64,000 bases of DNA from Phoronis australis (lineage: Eukaryota > Animalia > Phoronida), in assembly GCA_002633005.1 (NCBI GenBank), contig NMRA01000665.1:153728-217727 (forward strand). Direction: 5' to 3'. The notes beneath the pieces are model-generated. The model did no database searches, was not told the origin of the DNA, and saw only the letters and a program-made list of their open reading frames with translations. The translations under genes were made by a program, and so were the position numbers. This document shows, piece by piece, positions 51,841-64,000 of the stretch. Each line of letters starts with the position of its first letter. Position 1 is the stretch's first letter.

Positions 51841-54629
51841 TAAATGTAAAAATTAATAAGGAAATTGATTAGGCAATTCAATTTTAGTGCTCTATTTCGT
51901 GTTTCAGAGTAAAATTTGAGAAAGTGCGAGTAATAAACAATAACGTAAATTCATAAACACGCTGGTTGAGATCCCATACAATCATGTTGTTAAATGTGAT
52001 GCCAAAGAATGAACGACCCACTAACACAAAAAAGTCAAAATGTTTAATTCATTTACGCAAACATTAAAATCTAACAAGTCAAATTTACATACTTTTTAGA
52101 AGAATAAATCTACTGGTCAAAAGAAACAAACTACTGCACTTATGTTAAAAAACATTAACATTAACTGGGGTCAGACAGAAAACTTAACACAACTGTTGGC
52201 TGAACCCGGTGTTGCAATTATGCAACATGGCTCTTCAGGACAAGCAGACTCAAATAACAAACCAATATTCAACATAAAGTTTATACCACTAAGTAATATG
52301 TTATTTAATGGTGACAATGCATAACACTGAAATAATAAATTTACCTGGAGTGTGTAGAGAATGCCTTTGCTCACCGGACAGCTTACAACATGGGGGCAGA
52401 CATCAAATAGTTTGCTCATTTGTCAAGAGAGGTTATTCACATCGTAGAATTAGTGCAACAATGGGCCTTGGAGAGTACACAATCAATAATATGAGTGAAA
52501 AAATGATTGTGGAATTAATAATACATTATCAAAGTGTGTTGCAATATTGCAACACGGTGTCTTCGGGGGCTTTAATTAACATGTACGTACATAATTTCAC
52601 ATTTTTATTGGTTGTTTTTTTGTTGTAAAGTCGTTTACAATGTACTCAATATCAAATTGAAATAATTTTTAGTTAACAGTTTGTTTTTTTCAAACTGTAC
52701 TACTGATGAAATTACAATTTTGTCAGCACCTCGCACTCAGGGTATAAAATGTTAAACCTACCATTCACTGACGAGACGATTACACTTTGCCGGGAACGAC
52801 ATCTGTAATGTTGGCTGGTCTTTGATTTTCTGTTTTTGGCTTTCAAACTACTCGAATTATGTCTCTTAATTGGAAAAAAGCAGTTAAAAGCTAGCCGAGC
52901 TTACGTCCCAACTCATTGGTTCAGATCTAGTAGAACATGTGTAGATTAGGTCGAAGAGGTTGTGGGTAGTGGGCCGATTGGGTCGTGAGGTGTGGGGGTA
53001 GAGGGTGTCGAGGAGGTTTTAGAACAAAGTGTATTGTTCAAGTTCAAAGGGCAGTAGCTGTCTTATCTTGGGGTCTATGGTAGATATTCTAACCCAAAGA
53101 TGCCTCGAACCCTTGGGGCACGGCCACAAACCTGGCAAATATTAGACTTTGCAAAGTAGTAGAGCTGTAGCCGGTCAAGCAGAACCTATTTTTTAGCATC
53201 TGGAGGCAAAGTACATGTTGATGTGCTAGCAGTGAAAGGCATTCTGTTCGGTTAGGAACGTTGAATGCGCGACACAGTGCGAGAACGCGGTCCAAGGATA
53301 ATACTAGTCTGAAGGAGGATAATAGTTTTATTACATACTCTTCTACTGATGCTACTGAGTCTGTTACAATCCATGCGATCATACACTTACAGTATACATG
53401 TATAGTGACATACATGAATCATAACAGGATAAACTGAACAAACATGTTTACTACAATTGCTCATGTTGGGGGTGTATTACATAATACTTAATTCTCTGAA
53501 CTACTCCTACACATGCACTCACTGGGATATGAGATCATACTCTAACAGTACATGATGTAGTTCTGAGTAGAACAAGAAGCCGTCTGCTATCAGTGGGGAG
53601 CGTAAAGGTTTCCTGTGCCATAATACTGCGCACATTTCTTGGCAGAGGAAGTTAGAAGTGGAGGATTTTCTACTTCAACGAATAAACAAAAACAATTCCA
53701 CTTCACTGATTAAATTCCAACAAACATTCACAGATTTACATAAACCCCCCGAGAAATAAGGTGATGCATGTTCTGGATGCAAATATGTGACGATACGCAT
53801 TTTTAGTGATCAGACTGAAGGCGATCGACAACTTCAGTAACTTTGGCTAATTTTTATGTGTCAGATTGCGTGGACCGGAGTGCTATTCATGAATAATCAA
53901 TACGCAAGCCATGAGGTCTCCTGGAGTAATGCCTGTAAGTGCGCACAGTCAAACGCCACACTGTTGCCCTGTTATTGACGTAATAGGGCAACTACGTGTA
54001 CACGTAGGCATGAGGCAGGTGTGTTTGGACCCCAAGAGATAAGAAGATCGTCAAAAATGAATTGAAGTACAACAGCCTGGATTGACGCTCTGGATAAAAC
54101 TTCATTTCGCAGCGGTAAGGAATTAATGGCTCTCCAATTTAGACGTCCACTGTAACAGCCAACGGTCTGTTTTATGGAAAGTGAATAAAGACTTGAGATC
54201 TGAATACGTCAAAGTTAAAACGGAGGATGAAAATTCAGAAAACACAGTCTCACGCACAGAAAGTGTGTATTTGATTTTCGGTTTAAACTTCAACCGGCTT
54301 CAATCGTAGCAGGCTAACTCTTAGTCTTAGCTTAGATCGATTTCGGTCTTATTTTGGTCTGAAAAAATATGGAAAGTGGCTATAAAATTGACTTTAAGTT
54401 CGCCAGACATCTGTCTAGATTTTTTTAATGTTTATGACGAAATCTTCAGAATACAATGGATATACATAACCCAGAAAGCGCCAAGAGGCATTAGATCTGG
54501 GTAAAAAATACAAAGAAGTCTATACACAATGATTATATACGAATACATAAATAAAAAAGTGATGTTAAGAATACAATGATATATGACAACGAATGAAAAT
54601 AATTCATTTTCATACAGATGTATAAAATT

Positions 54630-57600
54630 CTATCCACTCACACAAAGAGATTTAATGTTATAAAGAAATTCTGATACTATTTCAAATAAAAGCTTATTTT
54701 CGTTTGAGTTAAGATCTTGACATCCATATAGAAAGAAATTAATTTTGTTGTACAATTGCGGAATTTCAGAATATTTTTTAAAAACATTGGGGTATTGTTC
54801 GAGTGCCTGGAAGAGCTGTACCCTCTCTTCCTTGCATACCTCAAAAGCAAAGAAAACATGAGGATATGTCTGGGTATCTCCACAGGAACACAGAGGCGAA
54901 ATATTATTAAAATTATGTCTAAATTTCTCGTTGTTTAGGAATAGACCACATCTTGATCTGTAAAGGGTTATTTCATGGCTGCGGGGAAGTTGGAATGATG
55001 TCAATGGGACTGGCAAGTCTGGAGCAGTAGTATGCATTTCAAAGTGTTGCGATTGAAGTGCTTTCTTTTATTTTGAATGGTAAGGAATTCCAGTTGCCAA
55101 TACAAGTTAATATCGTTGATCTTCTGAAGGCTTGAGTGATGGAGGCTGGAATAGTATACATATTGCTTTGCCAGAGTCCTGATCTCGTGCTTGGTCTTTT
55201 GTAGGAGTCAAAGAGGATTTTGTTAGAGTAATTGTTTATGTTGGTTAAGACTTTGAATGTATACATGGACAGGCGAAGTTTACGACGGGTTGCTAGTTTC
55301 CTCCAGTGAAGACTATTTAGAACCTTGATTGTGTTGGACCCTTTGTATGCCCCGGTTATGGTTAAAGCTGCTTGGTATTCTAGTCTTTCTAATTGAAGAA
55401 GTATGCCAGCGTTTGCCGATTGGTAGATTATGTCAAAGTAATCTAGATGTGGAAAGACAAAAGACTTGAACAGAGTTTCAAGATGCATGGAGTTGAGATG
55501 ACGAGAGATAATTCTAATTGGATTAATTAATTTTTGTACTTTTTGAACGAGTTCGCCACAATGAGGAGTAAATATAAGCTTATGGTCGAGTAGCAAGCCA
55601 ATTGCGTGAACTTATTGGGGATAACTTCCCCATTGAGTGATAATTCCAGTGTTGGATTTGTTTGGAACTAAGTATTATTAGACTTAGAAAATATAAGATC
55701 AACACTTGTTTCAGGTTTAAATTTCATCTTCCATTTGTGAGACCAGTCATAGAGTTTGTTAAGGTCAGTTTGAGTGCCTGAGAAACCGTAAGATTGTAAT
55801 TTATGTAGAAGCAGGTCATGGGGAACGACATCAAAAGCTGACGCAATGTCTAAAAATACGGATCTCACGTTGTACCCTTGCTCAAATTGGAGGTGGGTGT
55901 CGTGTACAATTCCTATAAGTTGCGACACAGTGCTGTTACCAGGCATGAATCCAAATTGGCGACGATATATGAGGTTTTGTGAAGGGAGGTGGTCAAACAT
56001 GTGCTGAGAAATGATTTTTTCTAAAATTTTGGATAAGGTGTTTAGTAGAGTTACATGTATGGGGCGATAGTTGGCAATGTCTGTTTTGGAGTTCTTTTTG
56101 TGTATTGGTATCATAACGCCAAGCTTCCAGTTCGAAGGAAATTTTCCAGATTGCAGCATTTTGTTGTATAATGTTGTCAGAGGAAATGTAAGCTCTCTTG
56201 CTATATCTTGATCATTTTATTGGTTATGAGATTGGTACCGTCGTTTTTGTTTTCGTCAATGTTTTCTAGTAGTTTCCTGACTTCAGATGGTTGGGTTCTA
56301 TGTAAAAGAGGTGTTCTAATGTTCTGTTTGGGAATTCTGGATAGTTTATTGTTGGTGCAATGTGACTCTTGGCAATGAAGTAGCCTAGAAATAAGATACT
56401 TTTATCGGCTTTGGATGACGCCTCAGAGTTGGATTCTTTTGAGTGGATGGCGGGGTATGATGATTGCTTTACCTGTCCTCGAATTTTGTTTACTGTATCC
56501 CAATATTCCTTGGAATTTTTGGACACATATTTGATATTGGAGATAACTTTCATCTTATAGTCTTGGTTTGTCTTTTTAATTAGTTCTTCCACACTCTTGC
56601 ACTGTTCTTTGTAGCACTTGAACGTGCATGGGTTATTTGATCTTCTGAACGATCTGTACAGTTTATCTCTTTCGTTTATTTCAGACTTAATGTTATTGTT
56701 AAACCACGGTTTGTTCTTGTTTTTTATTGTTTTCATGGTTGATGGGATATTATTATCTAATTTGTTGTAGAGTGACTGTGTGAATGTTGAGACTGCGTCA
56801 TTTATGTCACTTTTGTTAAGTATTTCAGTCCAGTTGAATGTGGTTATGTCAGAGCGCAGTTTGTTCATGTTAATGAGGTTGTGATTCCAGATTTTCTTAA
56901 TAATGTCTGGTTCTTTAGGTGCGCCTGTGAGTGTGAATGTTGTTTCTATAACGTGGTGGTCTGAGTTACCAATGGGAGGCCTTACAGAAGTGGATTCAAT
57001 TAATCCGAGATTGTTTGTTATACATAAATCAAGGCAAGAATGTGAATACTCTGTTAAACGTGTCGGCTCGTTTATTAGTTGTATACAGTCATTTGTGAGG
57101 AGAATATCGAATAATTCGAGCTTGGTTGTCATTGTCTTCTGAGTACCAAGTACTATTTCTTGCGTTGAAATCCCCGTTGATAATAATTGTTTTATTAGTT
57201 TGAGAGAGTTCTTGCAATTGTTCTGAAAAGGTTTTGAAATATGCTTTCCTTTCATGGGACACCTGTGAGGGTGAGCGATAGAGAAAACCGTAATATACCT
57301 TTTTGTGGTTGAAGTAAAGTTCAATCCAACAGTTACTCATTGATTGTATAATTTTATCATCAATTGTTTTGTAATTTACGAAGTTGTGGACAAACAAAAT
57401 CAACCCCCTCCCGGCGCTAGTGTGGTAGGCAATGTTGTATTCTGAAATAATAAGTGCACTGAGGTTGTCTTCGGACAGTGTTCCAGATTCACATATAGCA
57501 ATGACCATGTAATTGTTGTCTGTAATAACTTGCTTGAGAAGATCAAATCTTGAAAGATTGTGCGCCTTGATACTGTTGATATTAGTGAATAATACCTTGA

Positions 57601-57700
57601 AGCTGGCTAAACCCTGAGTGTCTGGTCCTGGATTGACCTATATGTCACCAGCAGTCAAAAGACTTTGCTCAATGATAACTCGGATATCACAACATTAGTT
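54630..57700 (-). pseudogene. LINE ORF2 (2A-like motif, APE endonuclease, RT), frameshifted
   Basis: NINSI, ICES, YRSP, GDFN, PTR...CLDLC, SDHH (APE); PIHKK...NYRP, QFGF, FLDIASAFD (RT). The QG/YADD segment is deleted. Confidence 0.9.
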
Positions 57701-59168
57701 CTTCATTGTGCAGTAAACATTACGTAAGTGCTCAGTTCGGGGTCGTTTTCGTAGTAGAAGAGTGAGGTCGAGCGTAATAGACGAAAAGCAGTGGGGTATT
57801 TTTGTTTTCCAGACACCCGAACAATTATAATTATTATGTCTGTAGTTAAATACTGATAAATTCATACAGTTCATAATTAACATGCTTATCTAACAAGAGA
57901 AAAAGAAGTATATACAAGTGTGTGAATAGACTAAAAGTAATGAAGTAAGGACAAAAGCTATGAACACTAGGGTAGGCATGAAAATTCCCACCACCACTAC
58001 TTTAATTACATTGAGTTAGGCTAAATCTTGCAAAAAGAAAACTGATGGATTAGTAACATTAACAAGTGAAATGGATGTGATATTAGTTCAAATAGATGAG
58101 AGTCAACGGGGTAAACAATTTGTACATATGTAGAACATTAATGCTGTACTTTGGGTTGAAAATATATTGCCAATTAAGTTGTCTTATTACACATGACGCT
58201 GCCCGAGTCAAATAGAGCTCTGAGACAATGCGATACTCGTTTGGCCGTTTTTAGCTTGAACGTTAATGGTGATAAAAACTGATACAACTTAAAAAGCAAA
58301 GTTAACTCCTGAACTGATTCACACTTGATGGAAGTCTTGATCTGTAGATGAAAATGAATCATTGAGGTAACATACATGTACATGTACATGTATCTGAATG
58401 ACACAACTACAGTTGTCAAGTTCAGTGTAGTTTCATAATCATGACACATGTGAGACGTGAAATACTTAAAAAAAATATTCATTACTAAGATACATGTAAA
58501 AGATGTTCTGGTAGGCTTAGTGTAGCTAATTGACCCAGAAGAGCATTTAAAGTACATTATCACTTGCAAAATCAAAATTCAAGCGAGTTGTACTTTTTGC
58601 TGCACAGAGTTTACCCGTGGGCCAAAAGTTGTCATGCCAATATAAAAATCAATATTTATAGGCAAGAGCTAAGTTTGGCTTTGTTTGACCACACATTATT
58701 ATGTTATTGGGTCACAGATGTTTTTACAGAACGACTTGTAAGCATACATCGGCACGTTGTCACTTCTACTAGGCTCTAAATTTATGTTAACATGTACCAA
58801 GAGAGTATGCACTGGCCTTTTGGTAACCACAATGAAGCAATTTCTCTAAACTTGGATTTGGGGTAAATTAGGAGTCAGAAAATAATAGTGTGATTGAAGG
58901 TAATAGTCACTATGACGGCACGTCTTAGTTATGTAACCCTTTCATTATAAGCACTGCACCTGTAAACGGATGAGTGGGTTAAAGACGAGAATTTGTTTAT
59001 TAATGGGTGGCCTGTAGGAGTAGACTCGGAGTGAAAAAGACTCGGGCTGCGCCAGAACAGAGTAAACAAACATGGCGAGAGTTGACTAAGGGAGTACGCC
59101 ATATTTTACATTGAATAATATGTGTTGCGTTCTACAAATCATACTTGCCAATTGATGCGGAGTACAGA

Positions 59169-59957
59169 CTATAGTTCACAGTTTTCGAGCACAAGTAAGT
59201 CTGTCTCGGAACAGATTTGCTTGATCTTGTTGTCTTTCATTTGAATCAATACGTTTCCATCATGGGTCCAGGTTCTGTTTATTGTGTGTGACTTCGCGAG
59301 GCGCCGACGTCTAGCAAATAGACTGGATCTTCTTTTGGTCAAATTTTCGTTAATGAACAGTGGTCTGTCTTGGGATCTGAGTTTACTTTTATGGTGGAGA
59401 AACATCGCACGGGTGTTGTAAGCTATGGATTTGCATATGATTGGCCTTGACTGATTGGAATTCTTGGGTCCTAGTCTATGGGATCTACTTATGTCTTCGT
59501 AACTAATGTCGATATTAAGCATCTTGCCGATATCAATAACAGCTTTATTTGTGTCCCTTTGCGTTCGTTATCTGGCTCGTTGATTCCGTGGATTACTATG
59601 TTATTTCGACGAGAATATTGCTCGAGACCTGTCCACACTATTTTGAAGGTCACTCACTTGCACTTTCAGGTCATGAATCTGGACGTCCTTTTCCTTTAGT
59701 TTGGATTCATAGAAGCTCTTAATCTCGTTTAGGGCAGGATCTATTAGTTGCTCTCTCAAAGTTTTGATCACTTCTGGCGATGTAAGTGCCTTTTGAAACC
59801 TCAGGATTACAGGATCACTTTCACATGTACTGCGATCTGCCTCACGGACAGGGGTAATACTTCTAAAATCCAGTGTAGTTTGCGTCATCTTCTTAGAAAT
59901 CACATTTAGTGCAGTGCTTTCGGTGCTGGCGTTCCTTTTTCTGTTTTCGTCCTCCAT
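59169..59957 (-). pseudogene. LINE ORF1 (coiled coil plus RRM-like), frameshifted
   Basis: Heptad-like LKEKDVQIHDLKVQVSDLQ, EQYSRRNSIVIHGI, HRLG...RPII, FINENLT, WTHDG. Confidence 0.85.
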
Positions 59958-62900
59958 GGTTTGATATTATGCCTTGTTTCTCGTCAAAATTAGGTGGAAA
60001 ATTTCAGAAATTCAAATTCACACCTGTCGGGAAAAAGTCACGTGACTTGTCTAGATTAAAACTGAACAAGTCTGTTGAAGCGGATCCATCAATGTTTGTG
60101 TTGTCGTACATTAATTGGTGGAATATGTACGCACGTATTGTTAAAAGAAGCTGCGATGCAAAGGTGTTTCTATAACTTATTCAAAGCCTGCGTGTTTAAG
60201 ATGGCTTTGGGGAAGGCACTGAGTTTTGAACTTATACCACTTAACATGGATGTGCGCCTAATGGAGTCGAATTGTAATCCTCATGTATAGCAGCTAGTCC
60301 ACTAAACGCTATTTTGTCCCAGCATGGCTGTCATTCTCAACTGAACATGTACGGCAAACACGTGAAAGACTCCATTATTCCTGTGTACATCGTAAGATCA
60401 ACGTAGACAAAGGACGTAGCGCCCACATAAATTTCAGGCCTGAACACCGTAGACCTAGGAAAGTCTCGAAAAGGCACGATTACACAACATTTGGCAAGAT
60501 GTCACCATGCGAAGCACCGTAATAGCGTTAGTATTTGCAACTGAGTTAGGTCTAGGGGACGCAGCCCTTGTGTCATGAAACTGACATTTTCAGCACATGC
60601 ACTTGGTCACATGGGAGTGCTGCCAAAAATCTTATGTTTTCGCCGAGTAAAATTGCAGTCGATGGTGTCGCCAGATGTGCCGAAATGGGGAAATTCAACA
60701 GGTCGTTTGGTTCCGACACGGTGTGGTAAAAACATTTTGCCCGAGTTTGTCGATGTCTCATCAACGTAACAGTCGTAAGTTGACTTAAATGCCCTCCCAT
60801 ATCGATTGAAGATCACGGCGAGACTCTTACCGCCTTGCGGAAGCGATGTATCATTATCTCTTTTATGACACAAAATGTGTGGCTCCATGGGCAAAGCCTT
60901 TTCAAAGTAGTGTAGATAAGCCAGTGAAGCGTGAGACCCCTGAGGTCCCTGTCAATCCTCACCGGCGACAATTCCACGTTATTGCATTTTCACATTGAAC
61001 GTTTAGAGGTACATACATGTACATGCACTGTAGTATGACCAACAGGAAAAACTCCAAATTACCACAGTGAGTTGTTTATTACCAGTATCTCATTGTTACG
61101 GTTGCGTTTCACAGACAAATGAATTTCGGATGCAACACAATGTAGTTCTAAGTTCAATATACGTCATTGTACACATTGTAGATTTAAGTTCAATTTACAT
61201 GTACGTCATTATACTTTTGTATGAACACGAGTCCTGGTAATATCCCTAAAAACGTTTACAACAGAATTACACATTCACTTAGTTGTTACAGAGTATTTGA
61301 GAAGCCAATTTTCTTTAGATTGTGACAAGTTAATGCACTGAATGAACTCGATACAAGATCTGACTTCCAGAGAGACTATCAAGTGAACTGTCCTCAAATA
61401 GCGCAGCACCACAACCATTCTAAGATATTTACACACAATGCAATGCATGCTTCAAACAGTTGTTCTTTTTCTCACCAGTTACTTGTTATGAAATCCGTCG
61501 TTGGAATGCAGTCAAACTTTATTGATCCTAGCACTTTGAGTATACAATATGCTAACAATAAGAAGATATCAAAATGTCAAATATCACTGACGGATGTACG
61601 ATACATTGTCCTTGCTGTGGTTTTGAAAAGAATGTCACACTATCGTGTAGTGCATTATTCTACGTTACCGAAACAGGAGAGTTCACTACAGATAGCCTCA
61701 AAGGGCTGATTTGCTATCTATATAATATCACGTTTAGTAAAATATGCTTTAGTGACTGCAAGAAAACTAAGCTAACTAATTACAACAGGGGCCTGTTACG
61801 TGACAAATCGGGTTTAAAACTTGGGCAAAAAATGGTCTTTCGCTCCACACAGATATTTCAGAAAAATTATTAGATTTCACTAGGACGAAAGTGCAAAGAA
61901 TCTTACAATATACGCGTAATTGCTAGTTACTAAGACAATTTCTATCAATTGCTTCTTGAGTGTGATGCGTTGATAATTACATGTACTTGGTAAACTTTTA
62001 TTCCAAAATTGTGACGTGGGAGCGCAACACCAAGTTACTGTCTTAAGTCCCTTTTCATGACATAAACCTCACACCTCCAAACAAAACAACCAAGGGAAGT
62101 TATACCTAAGCTAAACAAGCTGCACATCCGGTCAAAAGAATTACACGTTTATAACCGCTGAGCTTGTAGGCATCTATTTTGTTTCAGTTCAGTTTCCGTT
62201 TCAGTTTTTCGGTTAAATCTGACGAAGTGGGAAACCAGTTACGTGACTTGTATTGCCAGGTTATTGGATTCGTAGCTGGGGTAAATGAGCTTATTAAGTT
62301 TTGCAATCTTGCGTTTTAAAATCTTACACAAACCAGATTTCATCTACTTCGAAAGGAAAACAAAGCAGCTTGGTTATTCTGCGAGTACCGTCGTCTGGAT
62401 CTTTGGCTGTACGGTTTTAATGTCATATTCGACATTATGTCTTCAACCTTTGTAGACCTTGGCAATTCCTTAACTACTGACCAGTCACACAAATCCTTCT
62501 TCGCCAGGACTTGAATTTTAAAGTATGGTACAACCTATTCCAAAATGCACCAGAAGGTTAGCTGATTTAAAATTGAGTCCAAACATAATTTCCAAGGTGG
62601 ACACTTTCGATTTGAGTATACAATTCATACGTGCAAACAAGGATCAACCTCAGGTTTGCGTTCATTTGATTCAATTATTGGGCTATTAGGTGCACTTTTC
62701 GGGTAACATAGGATTGATACTTGTACATGGAAACAGGCTTATCAAAAACTTTGAGACCATTTTGTGTTTTAAGCGGGTCATTAAGTGCATTTTCTCATGA
62801 CACCGCGACTTATTCATAAAACAAAAAACCAGGTCACATTTACTGTAAAAACTTGAATGAACAAATCTTAAACCGACGTGGAAATACATGTACACCTTGC

Positions 62901-63495
62901 AACCACTTTCAAGTCTGGTCTGCAAGCCACCCGCTGGCGACATCGCGTGACCTAATGAATAGAAGCCTAAACAGAGATCTGCCTCGACAGGTAACTTATT
63001 TCATTATGTTGGGTCTCATGGGACTTGATTGCATCTCTTACAATCCACTCTTTCGCAGGATTCGAGGAAGTCGGTGGGCCTACGAACTGACGATTTCCAA
63101 TCCAATCAGCTATTTCTTCGACGCTAATCTATTATTAAAAAACTTACGCCAATTGTGTCTGAACTAGGACACCAGGACTGTATCTACCCGACAGAATGTA
63201 ATATGTGAGAATGACACTTTCGTTTTCGCTCAAGCAAAGCGCATACGTGGCTTTTGTAGTCGCTTTTGTAAGGGCGGCAATTAGACGATAAAGACAAAGT
63301 ACAACGCGGTACTATAGCAGAAGAAGAGAACGACGAAAGACTCTATAACGCAACAAACAAAAACGATTCCACAACGCAGCAACAACATCGTCAACAACAA
63401 CACAAAGTATCAACATCAACATTGATATCAACAAAAGCTGTCAAAAGCCCTCTTCAAAGGAGAACAAACTCTGTTTTGACCTATTTAAATATGTT

Positions 63496-64000
63496 AACAA
63501 GAGCAACGCGGAGCGTTGAAATGCGCCCACGAATGCACCGCTAACGGTGTGCTTCTGGGCTTGTTTATTTGGAACATAAAAACTGCAACTAGATGGCGCA
63601 AAATATGTCGAATCCATCCAAGAACTTGTATGTGTCATCAAAGCTATTTAACAAATTTCATAATAAAAATCCATCAAGGAACTTCTGAGAAAACAGAGGA
63701 AAATGAAAAAAAAAATGAAATTGTCACTAATAAGCTATAAGCGCAAAAAAACAAAGGTGCCACTAAGAAGCGCAAAAGCAGATTAAGTCGTCGGAAAATC
63801 ATCATCAGACTTCCTCTTCCCGTTAGGAGCATAAAAGCAATTTCCACAACCATCGTTAGAGTTGTTTGGCTGACAGAGGGGCAGACGCCAAATAACAAGA
63901 CTCGAAAACAGTAGAAATGGCCAAAGAATGGCGCAAAATGCCTCGAATTTTAACGAAAACCGGACGATAGCGCCACCTCACTAATAGATGCCAAAATGCC
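63496..64000 (-). mobile_element. HINE 3' end, duplicate of 25032 onward
   Basis: AACAAGAGCAACGCGGAGCGTTGAAATGCGCCCAC terminus followed by the same internal repeats. Confidence 0.75.

Larger units (their letters stand above)
54422..60047 (-). mobile_element. End-to-end CR1/L2-type LINE, degenerate
   Basis: 10-bp TSD TGTCTAGATT at 54412-54421 and 60048-60057; short A tail; ORF1 followed by APE-RT ORF2. Confidence 0.9.
50918..64000. repeat. Segmental duplication block 2, copy B
   Basis: Matches 18976-25532; interrupted at 54321-60090 and by a different segment near 62220-62985. Confidence 0.95.

Overview
AT-rich, intron-containing metazoan (marine-invertebrate-like) genomic DNA. I found no rRNA, tRNA or CRISPR array. 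Host genes: (i) two in-frame phase-1 exons of a minus-strand gene, one encoding a TSP1 repeat (848-2969); (ii) an apparently complete two-exon minus-strand class B/Methuselah-like 7TM receptor with a Cys-rich SMB-like ectodomain (27357-33637, ~861 aa). Most of the rest is transposon-derived: a Gmr1-type Ty3/gypsy LTR element with integrase before RT and a SCAN-like gag, a TSD-flanked CR1/L2-type LINE with a 2A-like motif before its endonuclease, Helentron-associated HINE copies (one nested in an older RT fossil), hAT-like, Kolobok-like and MITE elements, piggyBac transposase fossils and a THAP exon. A diverged segmental duplication (10443-25532 vs 48507-64000+) and two N-joined overlaps (probably uncollapsed haplotypes) give paired copies. 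Comparing them shows repeated TA->TACATGTA gains, the most unusual signal here, consistent with Tc1/mariner excision footprints. All counts were made by eye.
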